From positions 1 through 48,837 of the forward strand of contig JAKLKB010000065.1 in NCBI GenBank assembly GCA_023150835.1: a DNA stretch of 48,837 nt, written 5' to 3'. The DNA is from Myxococcota bacterium (GTDB lineage: Bacteria; Myxococcota_C; UBA6777). Both the position numbers and the translations under genes were made by a program. Positions 36,236-45,937 of this stretch are shown piece by piece; the first letter of the stretch is position 1; every line of letters starts with the position of its first letter. Below the pieces are notes generated by a model. It was not told the DNA's origin. It did no database searches and saw only the letters and a list, made by a program, of their open reading frames with translations.

Positions 36236-39200
36236 GTGATGTCCTCGAAACGGTCGGCCTGTCCACAATGTGAGACCCCGCTTCAAGACGCTGGCACCTT
36301 GTTTTGTCCGAAATGCTCGTTTCCGCTGATGTTGATTGCGGGAAAATACCGTTTGGAGCGAGCGTTGGAAAAAGGAGGTTTTGGGACGGTCTATTTGGCC
36401 CATCACACGGGCTTAACGCGAGACACAGAGCGGGTGATCAAAGTGATCGAGCCCGGGATGTTTGCCGAAGAAGAAAGCCAGATCCGTTTTCGGCGCGAAG
36501 TGGAATTGACATCAAGTTTGTCGCAGCGCAACAACCATATCGTGCGGATCTACGACGACTTTGGTCGTGAGCCCGAGCTAGGTTATTACTATGTGATGGA
36601 GTATCTGCGTGGCAAGCCGCTTTCTCATGTGATGTGTCCGGGAAAAGCCTTGCATGCGAAGCTGATCTTTTTGTTGATGGAGCAGCTTTGTTCGGCTTTG
36701 GATGCCGCACACCGCGAGCATATCGTTCACCGCGATCTCAAACCCCCCAACATCTTTTTGATCGAGCGCGACAAAAATCCTTGTTTCGTCAAGATCCTCG
36801 ATTTTGGGATCGCCAAGCCGCTTTCGGAGACAGGGGCGGGTGTGACGCGGCATATCTTGGGGACGCCGCACTATATGTCACCCGAACAATGCCTCAACGA
36901 GCCCGTCGATGCGCGTTCGGACCTGTATGCGTTGGGGATGTTGTTTTATCACATGAGTACGGGGACGCATCCGTTCCAAAAGTTAAAAGGGGGTTCTGAC
37001 TTTGCGGTGATGCAGGCGCAGATCTCGCAGCCTGCGATGCCGATGCGCGAGAAGCGCCCCGATCTACCGATATCTGAGGAGCTAGATCGCGTGGTCTTAA
37101 AAGCGATCGAGAAAGAGGCCGATGATCGTTATCCAACGGCGGCTGCGTTTTGGGCGGCCCTGCGGCCCTTTGCACCGCCGCCCTCGTCTTTGTCGGAACT
37201 CCAAGGACTGTTGGCAGAAGCCGTCGCGATCCGTGCGCTCGATATGCGGCGCAGAAATCCCGTCAAACCCGCCACCGTCTCTCTGGGTCCAGATGATGCT
37301 TTGAGCGAAGTCCCCGAAGAGGTCGGAGAGGCTGGGGAGATCGGAGAGGCCGGAGAGGTCGGAGGAGCGAAGCGCTCTTCGGATGAAAAGGTGGAGCTTC
37401 CGCCGCCTTCTTCTCCGACTTCGTACGAGATGTTGGCCGATCCTATCGAGCAGCCTGTGTCGGCAGAGCCTCCTGCGGGGCTATCTGCTCGCCCTGCGTC
37501 GGAGGTCGCGGTTTCTTCGGCGGGTGCGTGGTTGGGGGTCTCTCCTGCTCTGTTTGTGGGGGGCAGCGGATCGGAAAAACCCGCAGGAAACGGACGTAGC
37601 GCAGCCGGTCATCCCAAAGATACGATGCCTTTGGATATGGATGCGCTGGATTTTTTGCATGGAGAAGCGCGTGTAGACGATCTGCGTGCTGCCATGCGAG
37701 CGATGGCTTCCTCGCGTGGCGAGACTTCGCGCCCGTTGCTTTTGTCGGAGGGGGCTTCGCCAGTCTTGGAGATGTCGGCGGATCTATCGCCTGTTTCGCA
37801 GAAGGCAGCGGGTCTCTCGCCTGTATTGGAGAGCGTAGGAGGGGCTTCGCCGTTTCATCCGCTGGTTTCTTCGTCTAGCCTGCCTCCTGATGGAAACGGG
37901 ATGTTCGATCAAAATCGAACAGAAGAGGTGCATTTTACCGAGGACTCGGATCTTTTGGCTCCTCCGCAGCTTTCGGCAGAACAGGTGTTGGCTTTGCGAT
38001 CGGCTGCTCCCACCGAAGAAGTCCACCACTTTGTTTTGCCCGAGCATCGGCCAGCAACGCCTTCTTTTGATTCGCTGTCTGCGACGGTTCCTGTGGGCGT
38101 GGAGAACGAAGAACTCTTGCCTTCCGTTGCGGCCCTTGCTTCCGATGGAATACAGAGCGCCAATGAAGAAATCGAGGTGTCTTCGGAGCGAGCAGGGGCC
38201 TCGCGTGGGGCCGTTTTTGTGCTGTTGCTGGCGATGGTGGCGGTTGCTGTAGGGGTTTGGACGCAGCGAGCCCAATGGTTTGGCTCGTCGACACAGCCGC
38301 TTCAAACAAAGTCCACATCTCGCAGCGGCGAACCCTCGATCAAACAAAGCCATCCCACCGAACCGAACAGCCTTGCGCTACGAAATCAACCATCGCGTCC
38401 GCTCGTTTCATCGGGGCGTCTGGCTTCTGAACCTTCGTCTTTTCTCGAAGAGAGGTCCATCGCGTCCGAACCACCGCAACCTTCGCTTGATGCGGGACAA
38501 TCTGCGATCTTGCCCGAACAACGGGCCACTTCTGCGCCTGATCATCAAATCCTCACCGACGCTGGAAAAGAGGCCGCGTCGATGTCTCCGTCGACGATGC
38601 TGCCTGCCTCGCCGCTACCTGTTCCGAAGCTGGTGGTCTTTTCGCGTGGAGATGCCCAACGGACAGGGGTTTATGATGCGAAGGGACTCCAAGGCTTTCG
38701 CCGTCGGGTGGTGTGGCGCAAGAAGACCAAAGGCAACGTGAACACAAGCCCCGTTGTGGTCGGAAGTGCGGTGTACTTTGGTGCGGATGATGGGTTCTTT
38801 TATGCGGTGCAATTGGCGGATGGCGAAGAGATCTGGAAGCGGAAGATCGGGGCGCGGATCGTGTCTTCGCCGCTGGTGGTTGATGGTGTGGTGTATTTCG
38901 GATCGTGGGATCACTCGCTGTATGCGCTGCGTCGGAAAGATGGGGCGACGTTGTGGCATCACAAAGCCAAAGGCTCGATCGATGGGGCTCCTGCGGCAGA
39001 TCGCGATCGAGTATACTTTGGCAGCGACGATTATCACATCTACGCGGTGGATCGGGCAAATGGGCGTTTGGTGTGGAAGTACAAGACAGGGCGATTGATC
39101 AGCGCTGCGCCGACGTTGTCGGGAGATGCGTTGTTTGTGGGCAGCAACGACGGCTTTTTGTATGCGATGGATGCGAAAAAAGGCAGCGAGCGTTGGCGTT

Positions 39201-39661
39201 TTCAAACCAAAGGGCGGATCTCGGGTGCGGCTGCGGTGGCGGGGGGGGTGGTATACTTTGGCAGCAGCGATCAGTCTGTTTATGCGGTGGATGCGTTGAC
39301 AGGAAAACAGCGTTGGGTCTTTGAGACGGGCGGAGAGATCACGGCTTCTCCCGCAGTTTCGGAAAAAGAGATCTACATCGGCAGTCATGATGGGTCGGTG
39401 TATGCGATCGATCGGGCTTCGGGAAAGCAGGTGTGGCGTTTTCACACACGCGGCAAGGTGTTGTCTTCGCCTGCGATCTGGGGAGAAGAAGTCTTGTTCA
39501 AGAGCCAAGACCGCTACTTGTACGCCGTGAATATCCGCACCAAAAGACGCCATTGGCGGATGCGTTTGGGGTTGTCGTGGGCAGGCGCGGCCCCTGTCCC
39601 CGCAGATCGATTTGTCTTGATCGGTGTTCTCTATCCTGCCGGACTGTGGGCGATCCAGTGA
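36236..39661 (+). CDS. Membrane Ser/Thr protein kinase with N-terminal zinc ribbon and extracytoplasmic PQQ-type beta-propeller
   Basis: CPQC..CPKC; GGFGTVY, VIK, HRDLKPPN, DFG, GTPHYMSPEQ; TM VFVLLLAMVAVAVGVW; repeats VYFGSxDxxLYAxDxxxGxxxW; start estimated from GGAG SD. Confidence 0.92.
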   Translation: MMSSKRSACPQCETPLQDAGTLFCPKCSFPLMLIAGKYRLERALEKGGFGTVYLAHHTGLTRDTERVIKVIEPGMFAEEESQIRFRREVELTSSLSQRNNHIVRIYDDFGREPELGYYYVMEYLRGKPLSHVMCPGKALHAKLIFLLMEQLCSALDAAHREHIVHRDLKPPNIFLIERDKNPCFVKILDFGIAKPLSETGAGVTRHILGTPHYMSPEQCLNEPVDARSDLYALGMLFYHMSTGTHPFQKLKGGSDFAVMQAQISQPAMPMREKRPDLPISEELDRVVLKAIEKEADDRYPTAAAFWAALRPFAPPPSSLSELQGLLAEAVAIRALDMRRRNPVKPATVSLGPDDALSEVPEEVGEAGEIGEAGEVGGAKRSSDEKVELPPPSSPTSYEMLADPIEQPVSAEPPAGLSARPASEVAVSSAGAWLGVSPALFVGGSGSEKPAGNGRSAAGHPKDTMPLDMDALDFLHGEARVDDLRAAMRAMASSRGETSRPLLLSEGASPVLEMSADLSPVSQKAAGLSPVLESVGGASPFHPLVSSSSLPPDGNGMFDQNRTEEVHFTEDSDLLAPPQLSAEQVLALRSAAPTEEVHHFVLPEHRPATPSFDSLSATVPVGVENEELLPSVAALASDGIQSANEEIEVSSERAGASRGAVFVLLLAMVAVAVGVWTQRAQWFGSSTQPLQTKSTSRSGEPSIKQSHPTEPNSLALRNQPSRPLVSSGRLASEPSSFLEERSIASEPPQPSLDAGQSAILPEQRATSAPDHQILTDAGKEAASMSPSTMLPASPLPVPKLVVFSRGDAQRTGVYDAKGLQGFRRRVVWRKKTKGNVNTSPVVVGSAVYFGADDGFFYAVQLADGEEIWKRKIGARIVSSPLVVDGVVYFGSWDHSLYALRRKDGATLWHHKAKGSIDGAPAADRDRVYFGSDDYHIYAVDRANGRLVWKYKTGRLISAAPTLSGDALFVGSNDGFLYAMDAKKGSERWRFQTKGRISGAAAVAGGVVYFGSSDQSVYAVDALTGKQRWVFETGGEITASPAVSEKEIYIGSHDGSVYAIDRASGKQVWRFHTRGKVLSSPAIWGEEVLFKSQDRYLYAVNIRTKRRHWRMRLGLSWAGAAPVPADRFVLIGVLYPAGLWAIQ

Positions 39662-39690
39662 GTGCTGGTTCGGTACGTTAAGAAAGAACG

Positions 39691-41487
39691 ATGCGAGAGT
39701 ACACGGCATACGTAGGAGAAACACACCGAAAGCGCTTTGGGCAGTTTTTTACGCCGCCCGATGTGGCGAGGTGGATGATCGCGTGGGTGTTGAGAGGGCT
39801 AGAGAAAGGCTCTGTCGAGGCGGATGTTTGGGGGAAAGCGAAGGCAGGAGCGGTGGAGGCGGATGTTTGGGGGAAAGCGAAGGTAGGAGCGGTGGAGGCG
39901 GATGTTTGGGGGAAAGCGAAGGCAGGAGCGGTGGAGGCGGATGTTTGGGGGAAAGCGAAGGCAGGAGCGGTTGAGGCGGATGTTTGGGAGAAAGCGAAGG
40001 TAGGAGCGTTGGAGGCAGAGGCTGGGGCGATCTTTGATCCTGCTTTTGGGATGGGGGCTTTTTATGCGCAGACGCCTTCGGGCGTCAGGTTTTCAGGGTG
40101 CGAGATCGATCCCGTCGTGCTGGAGTTTTGGGAGGCGACACACCAAAGAGAAGCGTCTTTTGTGCAGCGACAAGATTACTTGCTTTCATGGGGGCAGAAG
40201 CATCGGCATATCGTGTGCAACCCACCGTATGCGCGTTTTCAGCACGTTGCGGAGCGCCATCGTATCCACGCGGCTTTTGCAGAGCATACGGGCTTGCGTT
40301 TGGCGGGGCATACCAATCTGGCCTCGGCTTTTTTGTTGAAGTCGTTGTCGGAGTTGGAGGGCGGGCGGATGGCGTACCTGATGCCGTTGGAATTTTTGAA
40401 CACAGGCTATGGGCGGCTGGTGAAGGAGCGTTTGTGTTTGTCGGGGCATCTGTATGCGATCTTGCGCCTTGATTGCGAAAAAGACCTGTTTCCCGATGTC
40501 ACGACTTCGGTGGGTATCCTTTTGTTTGATGCGGGGGCTTTGCATACATCCGTGAGGTTTGGCGTGATCGCACGCCGCGAAGATCTACAAGGAGAGGCTT
40601 TTTGGGGGGGGGCAAAAGCCTCGGTGTTGGAGGCGGTGGATGCACAGGAGTCCGATGTTTTGGCAAGATCAGCGAAGTCGTGGGTGAAAGAGATCCCGTT
40701 GGCGTCGCTCGACCCTGAAGACAAATGGCTTTCGCTGTTTCGAGCGCAGACGCCCGTGTTCGATCTGAGGCAGATGGTGAAGTTGTCGGTGTATGGGCGT
40801 TTTCAGCGAGGGATCGCGACGGGGGCCAATGCGTTTTTTACGTTGCGCCCTTCGCGTGTGGCTGCTTTGGGACTTGATCCCCAAAAAGAGTGCGTGGCTT
40901 GCGTGACCAAGAGCGCGCAGGTCAAACGGTTGGTGTTTCGGGAACGCGATTACGCAGCGTTGTGGGAGGCCGATCAGCCTGTGTTGTTGTTGTCGCTTTC
41001 TGCCGAACTCTCGGAAGCAGCAGAGCATTATGTCTCTGTGGGAGAAGCACAGGAGTTGGATCATCGCTTTTTGACGAAGCATCGGACTCCTTGGTACAAG
41101 ATGGAACAGCGCAAGATCGCGCCTTTGTGGCTGAGTGTGTTCTCAAGAGGCGGATACAAGGTGATCTTGAACAAGAGCCATGCGCTGCATTTGACGTGCT
41201 TTCATGGTTTTCAACCCAATGCGTGCGGCGAAAAGCTCGTGGATGCGTTGTTTTTGTATCTATCTTCACAGACAGGGAGAGCGATCATGGCGCTGTCGAT
41301 GCGCAACTACGGTGCGGCCTTGGATAAGTTTGAACCCAACGATCTCAATCAGGCGATGGTTCCGCCGTTGGTCTTTTGGGCGCTTTTTGGCGATGCGCAG
41401 ATCGCGCAAGCGGTCGAAGAGACGGCGAGTACAGGGCGCGTCCCTGCTTGGTTGGAGGTTGCATTAAAAGGGCTGGTGTGCGGGTAG
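39691..41487 (+). CDS. N6-adenine DNA methyltransferase (gamma-type, Eco57I/TaqI-like)
   Basis: GQFFTP (motif X), FDPAFGMGAF (motif I), NPPY (motif IV), RGIATGANAFF, C-terminal RNYG..LDKFEPNDL. Confidence 0.88.
   Translation: MREYTAYVGETHRKRFGQFFTPPDVARWMIAWVLRGLEKGSVEADVWGKAKAGAVEADVWGKAKVGAVEADVWGKAKAGAVEADVWGKAKAGAVEADVWEKAKVGALEAEAGAIFDPAFGMGAFYAQTPSGVRFSGCEIDPVVLEFWEATHQREASFVQRQDYLLSWGQKHRHIVCNPPYARFQHVAERHRIHAAFAEHTGLRLAGHTNLASAFLLKSLSELEGGRMAYLMPLEFLNTGYGRLVKERLCLSGHLYAILRLDCEKDLFPDVTTSVGILLFDAGALHTSVRFGVIARREDLQGEAFWGGAKASVLEAVDAQESDVLARSAKSWVKEIPLASLDPEDKWLSLFRAQTPVFDLRQMVKLSVYGRFQRGIATGANAFFTLRPSRVAALGLDPQKECVACVTKSAQVKRLVFRERDYAALWEADQPVLLLSLSAELSEAAEHYVSVGEAQELDHRFLTKHRTPWYKMEQRKIAPLWLSVFSRGGYKVILNKSHALHLTCFHGFQPNACGEKLVDALFLYLSSQTGRAIMALSMRNYGAALDKFEPNDLNQAMVPPLVFWALFGDAQIAQAVEETASTGRVPAWLEVALKGLVCG
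39814..40017 (+). repeat. In-frame 39-bp (13-aa) VNTR x5 inside the methyltransferase
   Basis: VEADVWGKAKAGA units. Confidence 0.95.
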
Positions 41488-41499
41488 AAGCGGGGCGGT

Positions 41500-41763
41500 T
41501 TGTGTTCGTGGAGGCGGATACAGGGGAGATAGCGAGTTAAAAGCGGGCGGGCTTGTGTTCGTGGCGGCGGATACAGGGGAGATAGCGAATGGGCGATTTT
41601 TGTTTGAGGGCTTGTGTTCGTGGAGGCGGATACGGGGGCGATAGCGAATGGGCGATTTTTGTTTGAGGGCTTGTGTTCGCTGCGGTTTCAAGGGGCGGTT
41701 TGGGGGGGATTGCGTTCGCTGCGATTTCAAGGGGCGGTTTGGGGGGGATTGCGTTCGCTGCGG
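41500..41763. repeat. Two adjacent tandem duplications (~54-59-bp units x3; 39-bp unit containing the maeB stop)
   Basis: TTGTGTTCGTGG(A/C)GGCGGATAC repeats; GTTCGCTGCG(G/A)TTTCAAGGGGCGGTTTGGGGGGGATTGC x2. Confidence 0.85.
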
Positions 41764-44027
41764 AATTTTTTGGCCATGACGGCGGTGACAGCGGAGACGC
41801 TGATGACGGTTTGGAGGTCGCAGTTGCGGGGGAGAGCGTTGACGGGTTCGGAGAGTCCGATCAGGATGGGTCCGACGACTTCCATTTCGCCGAGGTATTG
41901 CATGAGTTGGTAGCTGATGTTTCCGGCGTTGAGGGAGGGGAAGACGAAGACGTTGGCGGGATCTTTGAGGGTGCAGAAGGGGAAGTCATGGAGGTAGGCT
42001 TTGGGGTTGACGGCGATGTCTACGCGCATCTCGCCGTCGATCATCAGGTCAGGGCGCATCTGTTTGGCGATTTGTGTGGCTTTTTGAACCTTGATGGACT
42101 CGCTGTTTCGGGCGCTTCCGAAGTTAGAGAAAGACAGCATGGCGACGCGAGGTGTGATGCCAAGCTGTCGGATCAAGTCGGATGTTGCGACAGCGATGTG
42201 GGCGAGTTGTTCGGCGTTGGGGTCGATATTGACGGTGGTATCGGCAAAGAAGCGGGCTTTGCCTTTTTTATCGAGGATCATGTACATACCGCAGGCGATG
42301 GGGTTGCCTTGGGAGAGGCCGACGATCTGGAGGGCGGGTTTGATGATCTCGGGGTAGTTGTGAGCGATTCCACCGACACATCCGTCTGCGTCACCGCATT
42401 TGACCATCATCATGGCGTAGCGCAGGGTGTCTTGGAGTTGTTGTCGTGCGCCGCTACAGGTGATGCCTTTGCGTTCGCGCAGGCGGATGTAAGTGTCGAT
42501 GTAGTTTGCGGGGATGCTGCCTTCTTTGCGGGGGTCGATGATCTCGTAGCGATCAGGGGCGAAGTCGAGGCCGAGGTGTTGGGCGTGTTGGAGGATGTCT
42601 TGTTGGTTGCCGAGCAGCACGGGGTGGGCGATGCCTTCGTTGATCATGACGTGGCAAGCGCGCAGGATCGTGGGATGATCGCCTTCGGGGAAGACGATGC
42701 GCATCTTTCGTTTTTGGGTGTGAGCCTGCCCAATAAAGCGCTGAACCATCTCGCGTGTTGGGTGGATCAGTCGTTCGAGGCGCTCTTGATAGGCTTCCAG
42801 ATCGTCGAGGGGTTTGCGTGCGACACCGCTGTCCATGGCGGCCTTGGCGACGGCGGGAGCGACGCGGTACAACACGCGAGAGTCAAAGGGTTTGGGGATG
42901 ATGTAGTCGCGGCCAAACTGCAAGCGCTGTTTGTGGTAGGCTTGTAAGACATCGTCGGGGACATCTTCGCGGGTGAGTTCGGCGAGGGCGCGGGTGGCGG
43001 CGAGCTTCATCTCTTCGTTGATGGTGGTGGCGCGGACATCGAGCGCGCCGCGAAAGATAAAAGGGAAGCCGAGGACGTTGTTGATCTGGTTTGGATAGTC
43101 GGAGCGGCCTGTGGCGACGATGGCATCGGGCCTTGTTTGGACGGCGAGGTCATAGTCGATCTCGGGGACGGGGTTGGCCATCGCGAAGATGATCGGGTCG
43201 TGCTTCATGCCTCGCAACATCTCAGGCTTGAGGATGTTGGGGGCCGATAGACCGATGAATACATCGGCTCCTTCGATAACTTGGGCGAGTGTGCGGTGGG
43301 GAGTGTCGGCGGCGACTTCTTCGAGATAAGAACCTTCAGGTTCGCGCCCTTTGTAGACCACGCCGTGAACGTCGGTCAAAAACAGGTTCTCGCGTTTTAC
43401 GCCCAAGGATAGGCAATACCGCGCACACGAAAAGCCCGCAGCACCCGCCCCCGAAAACACCAGCTTCACTTCGTCGATGCGCTTGTTCACGATCTCTAGG
43501 GCGTTGAGCAGCGCCGCCCCCATGATGATCGCCGTCCCGTGTTGATCGTCATGGAACACAGGGATATTCATCTCTTCGCGCAGCCGCTTTTCGATGTAGA
43601 AACAATCGGGTGCGCCGATATCTTCGAGGTTGATCCCGCCAAACGTCGGCTCCAACATCTTCACCCCAAGGATGAAGTCGTCAGCCGTCTTGCTCTTGAA
43701 TTCAAGGTCAAACACATCGATCCCTGCAAAGCGTTTGAACAATACGCCTTTGCCTTCCATCACGGGCTTGCTCGCCAACGGGCCGATATCTCCGAGCCCC
43801 AAAACCGCTGTTCCGTTGGTGATCACCGCCACCAAGTTTCCTTTGATCGTATAATCATAGACCGTATCAGGATCTTTGTGGATCTCTCGGCAAGGCTCCG
43901 CAACCCCCGGTGTATAGGCCAGCGAAAGATCAAGCTGCGTCGCAAAGGGCTTGGTGGCGTTGACTTCCAACTTTCCCGGGCGTCCGTTGGCGTGATAAGC
44001 AAGGGCGTCTTCTCTCGAAAAGCTCAT
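41727..44027 (-). CDS. maeB: NADP-dependent malic enzyme with phosphotransacetylase-like domain
   Basis: LSLAYTPGVAEPC, KPVMEGKGVLFKRFAGID, GGINLEDI, HDDQHGT, TGRSDYPNQINNVL, VAMLSFSNFGS. Confidence 0.96.
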   Translation of the reverse strand: MSFSREDALAYHANGRPGKLEVNATKPFATQLDLSLAYTPGVAEPCREIHKDPDTVYDYTIKGNLVAVITNGTAVLGLGDIGPLASKPVMEGKGVLFKRFAGIDVFDLEFKSKTADDFILGVKMLEPTFGGINLEDIGAPDCFYIEKRLREEMNIPVFHDDQHGTAIIMGAALLNALEIVNKRIDEVKLVFSGAGAAGFSCARYCLSLGVKRENLFLTDVHGVVYKGREPEGSYLEEVAADTPHRTLAQVIEGADVFIGLSAPNILKPEMLRGMKHDPIIFAMANPVPEIDYDLAVQTRPDAIVATGRSDYPNQINNVLGFPFIFRGALDVRATTINEEMKLAATRALAELTREDVPDDVLQAYHKQRLQFGRDYIIPKPFDSRVLYRVAPAVAKAAMDSGVARKPLDDLEAYQERLERLIHPTREMVQRFIGQAHTQKRKMRIVFPEGDHPTILRACHVMINEGIAHPVLLGNQQDILQHAQHLGLDFAPDRYEIIDPRKEGSIPANYIDTYIRLRERKGITCSGARQQLQDTLRYAMMMVKCGDADGCVGGIAHNYPEIIKPALQIVGLSQGNPIACGMYMILDKKGKARFFADTTVNIDPNAEQLAHIAVATSDLIRQLGITPRVAMLSFSNFGSARNSESIKVQKATQIAKQMRPDLMIDGEMRVDIAVNPKAYLHDFPFCTLKDPANVFVFPSLNAGNISYQLMQYLGEMEVVGPILIGLSEPVNALPRNCDLQTVISVSAVTAVMAKKFRSERNPPQTAP

Positions 44028-44050
44028 GGTTTCGACCTCGTGTGCATGGA

Positions 44051-45487
44051 TTAGAAGTGTGCGTTACCGGGGGTGCGTGGGAAGGGGATCACATCGCGGA
44101 TGTTGTTCATGCCTGTGATAAACTGCACCATCCGCTCGAAGCCAAGACCAAATCCAGCGTGCGGTGCGCCCCCAAATCGACGCAGATCCAGATACCACCA
44201 GAGTTCTTCTTCGGCGATCTTGAAGTCTCGCACACGTTGTAGCAAGACATCGTAGCGTTCTTCACGTTGTGAGCCGCCGATCACTTCGCCGATACCCGGG
44301 AACAGCACATCCATCGCCGCAACCGTTTTGTTGTCTTCGTTCAGGCGCATATAAAAGGCTTTGATCTCTTTCGGGTAGTTTCGGACGATCACTGGTTTTT
44401 GGAAGTGCTGCTCGACCAACCAACGCTCGTGTTCGGCTTGCAGGTCTTTTCCCCACTCGACAGGGTAAGTGAACTTGCCCTTTTTGTACGCCTTCGAGCT
44501 ACGCAATAACTCCACCGCTTCGGTGTATGTCACGCGCTCGAACTTGTTGTCGATCACAAAGCGCAAGGTCTCCAAGAGGCCCATCGGACGGCGCTCTTCT
44601 TTCTTCATGTTCTTTTCGAGTTCCGCAAGACGCTGATCCAAAAATTCGAGTTCATCGGAGCAATGTTCGAGCGTGTAGCGGATCAAGTATTGAACGAAGT
44701 CCTCCGCAAGATCCATATCGTCATGGATATCAAAGAAGGCGATCTCAGGCTCGATCATCCAAAACTCGGCAAGATGCCGCGAAGTGTTCGAGTTTTCCGC
44801 CCGAAATGTCGGACCAAAGGTGTAGACCTTTCCAAGCGCAAGCGCGCCGATCTCCGCTTGTAGCTGGCCCGAAACCGTGAGGTTGGTGGGGCGTTGGAAA
44901 AAGTCCGCAGACCAATCATCATGCCCGTCTTCGCCTTTGGGCGGCGTAAAGCCCGGGGGCAGCGTGGTCACTCGAAACATCTCCCCCGCGCCTTCTGCGT
45001 CACTTCCCGTAATGATCGGCGTGTGCATATAAAAATAGCCCCGATCGTTAAAGTATTTGTGGACCGCAAAGGCCACCGCATGACGCACCCGAAACACCGC
45101 ATTCATCACGTTGGTACGCATCCGAAAGTGGGCTTGTTGGCGCAGGTATTCCATCGTTTGCGCTTTGGGCTGCAATACATAGGACTCAGGGTCGGCCTCG
45201 CCCAATATCTCGATCGACTCGGCAAGGACTTCGACCGCTTGGCCCGATCCGATGGATGCGATCACTTTGCCCGTCACAGCGACGCAAGCGTGAAAATGAA
45301 TGCGCTTGAGCAAGGACTCATCCAATTTTTCGTAGTCTACGACGACTTGAAGCTGTTTCATCGTCGATCCGTCGTAGAGAGCAATAAATCGATTGGAACG
45401 AAAGGCCCGAACCCACCCCATAACCGTCACTTGTTGATCGCGGGGAGCCTGTTCAAGGATAGAAGCGATCTCGGTTCTTCTTGGCAT
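44051..45487 (-). CDS. asnS: Asparagine--tRNA ligase
   Basis: LTVSGQL, FGPTFRAENSNTSRHLAEFWMIEPE, GEVIGGSQREER, GFGLGFER; ATG 45487. Confidence 0.97.
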   Translation of the reverse strand: MPRRTEIASILEQAPRDQQVTVMGWVRAFRSNRFIALYDGSTMKQLQVVVDYEKLDESLLKRIHFHACVAVTGKVIASIGSGQAVEVLAESIEILGEADPESYVLQPKAQTMEYLRQQAHFRMRTNVMNAVFRVRHAVAFAVHKYFNDRGYFYMHTPIITGSDAEGAGEMFRVTTLPPGFTPPKGEDGHDDWSADFFQRPTNLTVSGQLQAEIGALALGKVYTFGPTFRAENSNTSRHLAEFWMIEPEIAFFDIHDDMDLAEDFVQYLIRYTLEHCSDELEFLDQRLAELEKNMKKEERRPMGLLETLRFVIDNKFERVTYTEAVELLRSSKAYKKGKFTYPVEWGKDLQAEHERWLVEQHFQKPVIVRNYPKEIKAFYMRLNEDNKTVAAMDVLFPGIGEVIGGSQREERYDVLLQRVRDFKIAEEELWWYLDLRRFGGAPHAGFGLGFERMVQFITGMNNIRDVIPFPRTPGNAHF

Positions 45488-45658
45488 AACAACACCCTTC
45501 ACTAAATGGAGCATGACACGGAGGCATCTTCTGCGCTTCCGATATCGGTCTAGCGTGCATTGGGCGATCGGCGTTGGATCGCTCCGTGTGCAGTATGTGG
45601 ACACGCAGCAAAGCACAAGCCTTGTTTCGATGCAAGTCTGTGATCGGCTCGGCAAAGG

Positions 45659-45892
45659 AGAGTCCACGGAAGGCACGGAAGGCACGGAAAAAAGGCAGGA
45701 AGGGGAGGCAAGAAGAGGAGGCAAGAAGAGGAGGCAAGAAGAGGAGGCAAGAAGAGGAGGCAAGAAGAGGAGGTAGGAAGAGGAGGTAGGAAGAGGAGGT
45801 AGAAGAGGAGGTAGAAGAGGAGGCAGAAGAGGAGGTAGGAAGAGGAGGTAGGAAGAGGAGGCAGGAAGAGGGGGTAGGAAGAGGAGGCAGGA
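45659..45892. repeat. CACGGAA motif followed by a purine-rich GAAGAGGAGG(C/T)A(A/G) 12-13-bp tandem tract
   Basis: About 14-15 imperfect units from ~45705 to ~45892, nearly all purine on the + strand. Confidence 0.9.
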
Positions 45893-45937
45893 ACTTTGGA
45901 AAGCGCGGGAAAGAAGGCCGGAGAGGAGGCGGATGCG

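Noticed and set aside
39691-41487. Complete restriction-modification or defence island
   Set aside because: No endonuclease or other defence gene is adjacent; flanked by a kinase and maeB
41673-42947. 424-aa ORF on the + strand
   Set aside because: Antisense shadow of maeB with no recognisable motifs; the same applies to other long antisense ORFs such as 388-1644, 16986-17867 and 30276-31709
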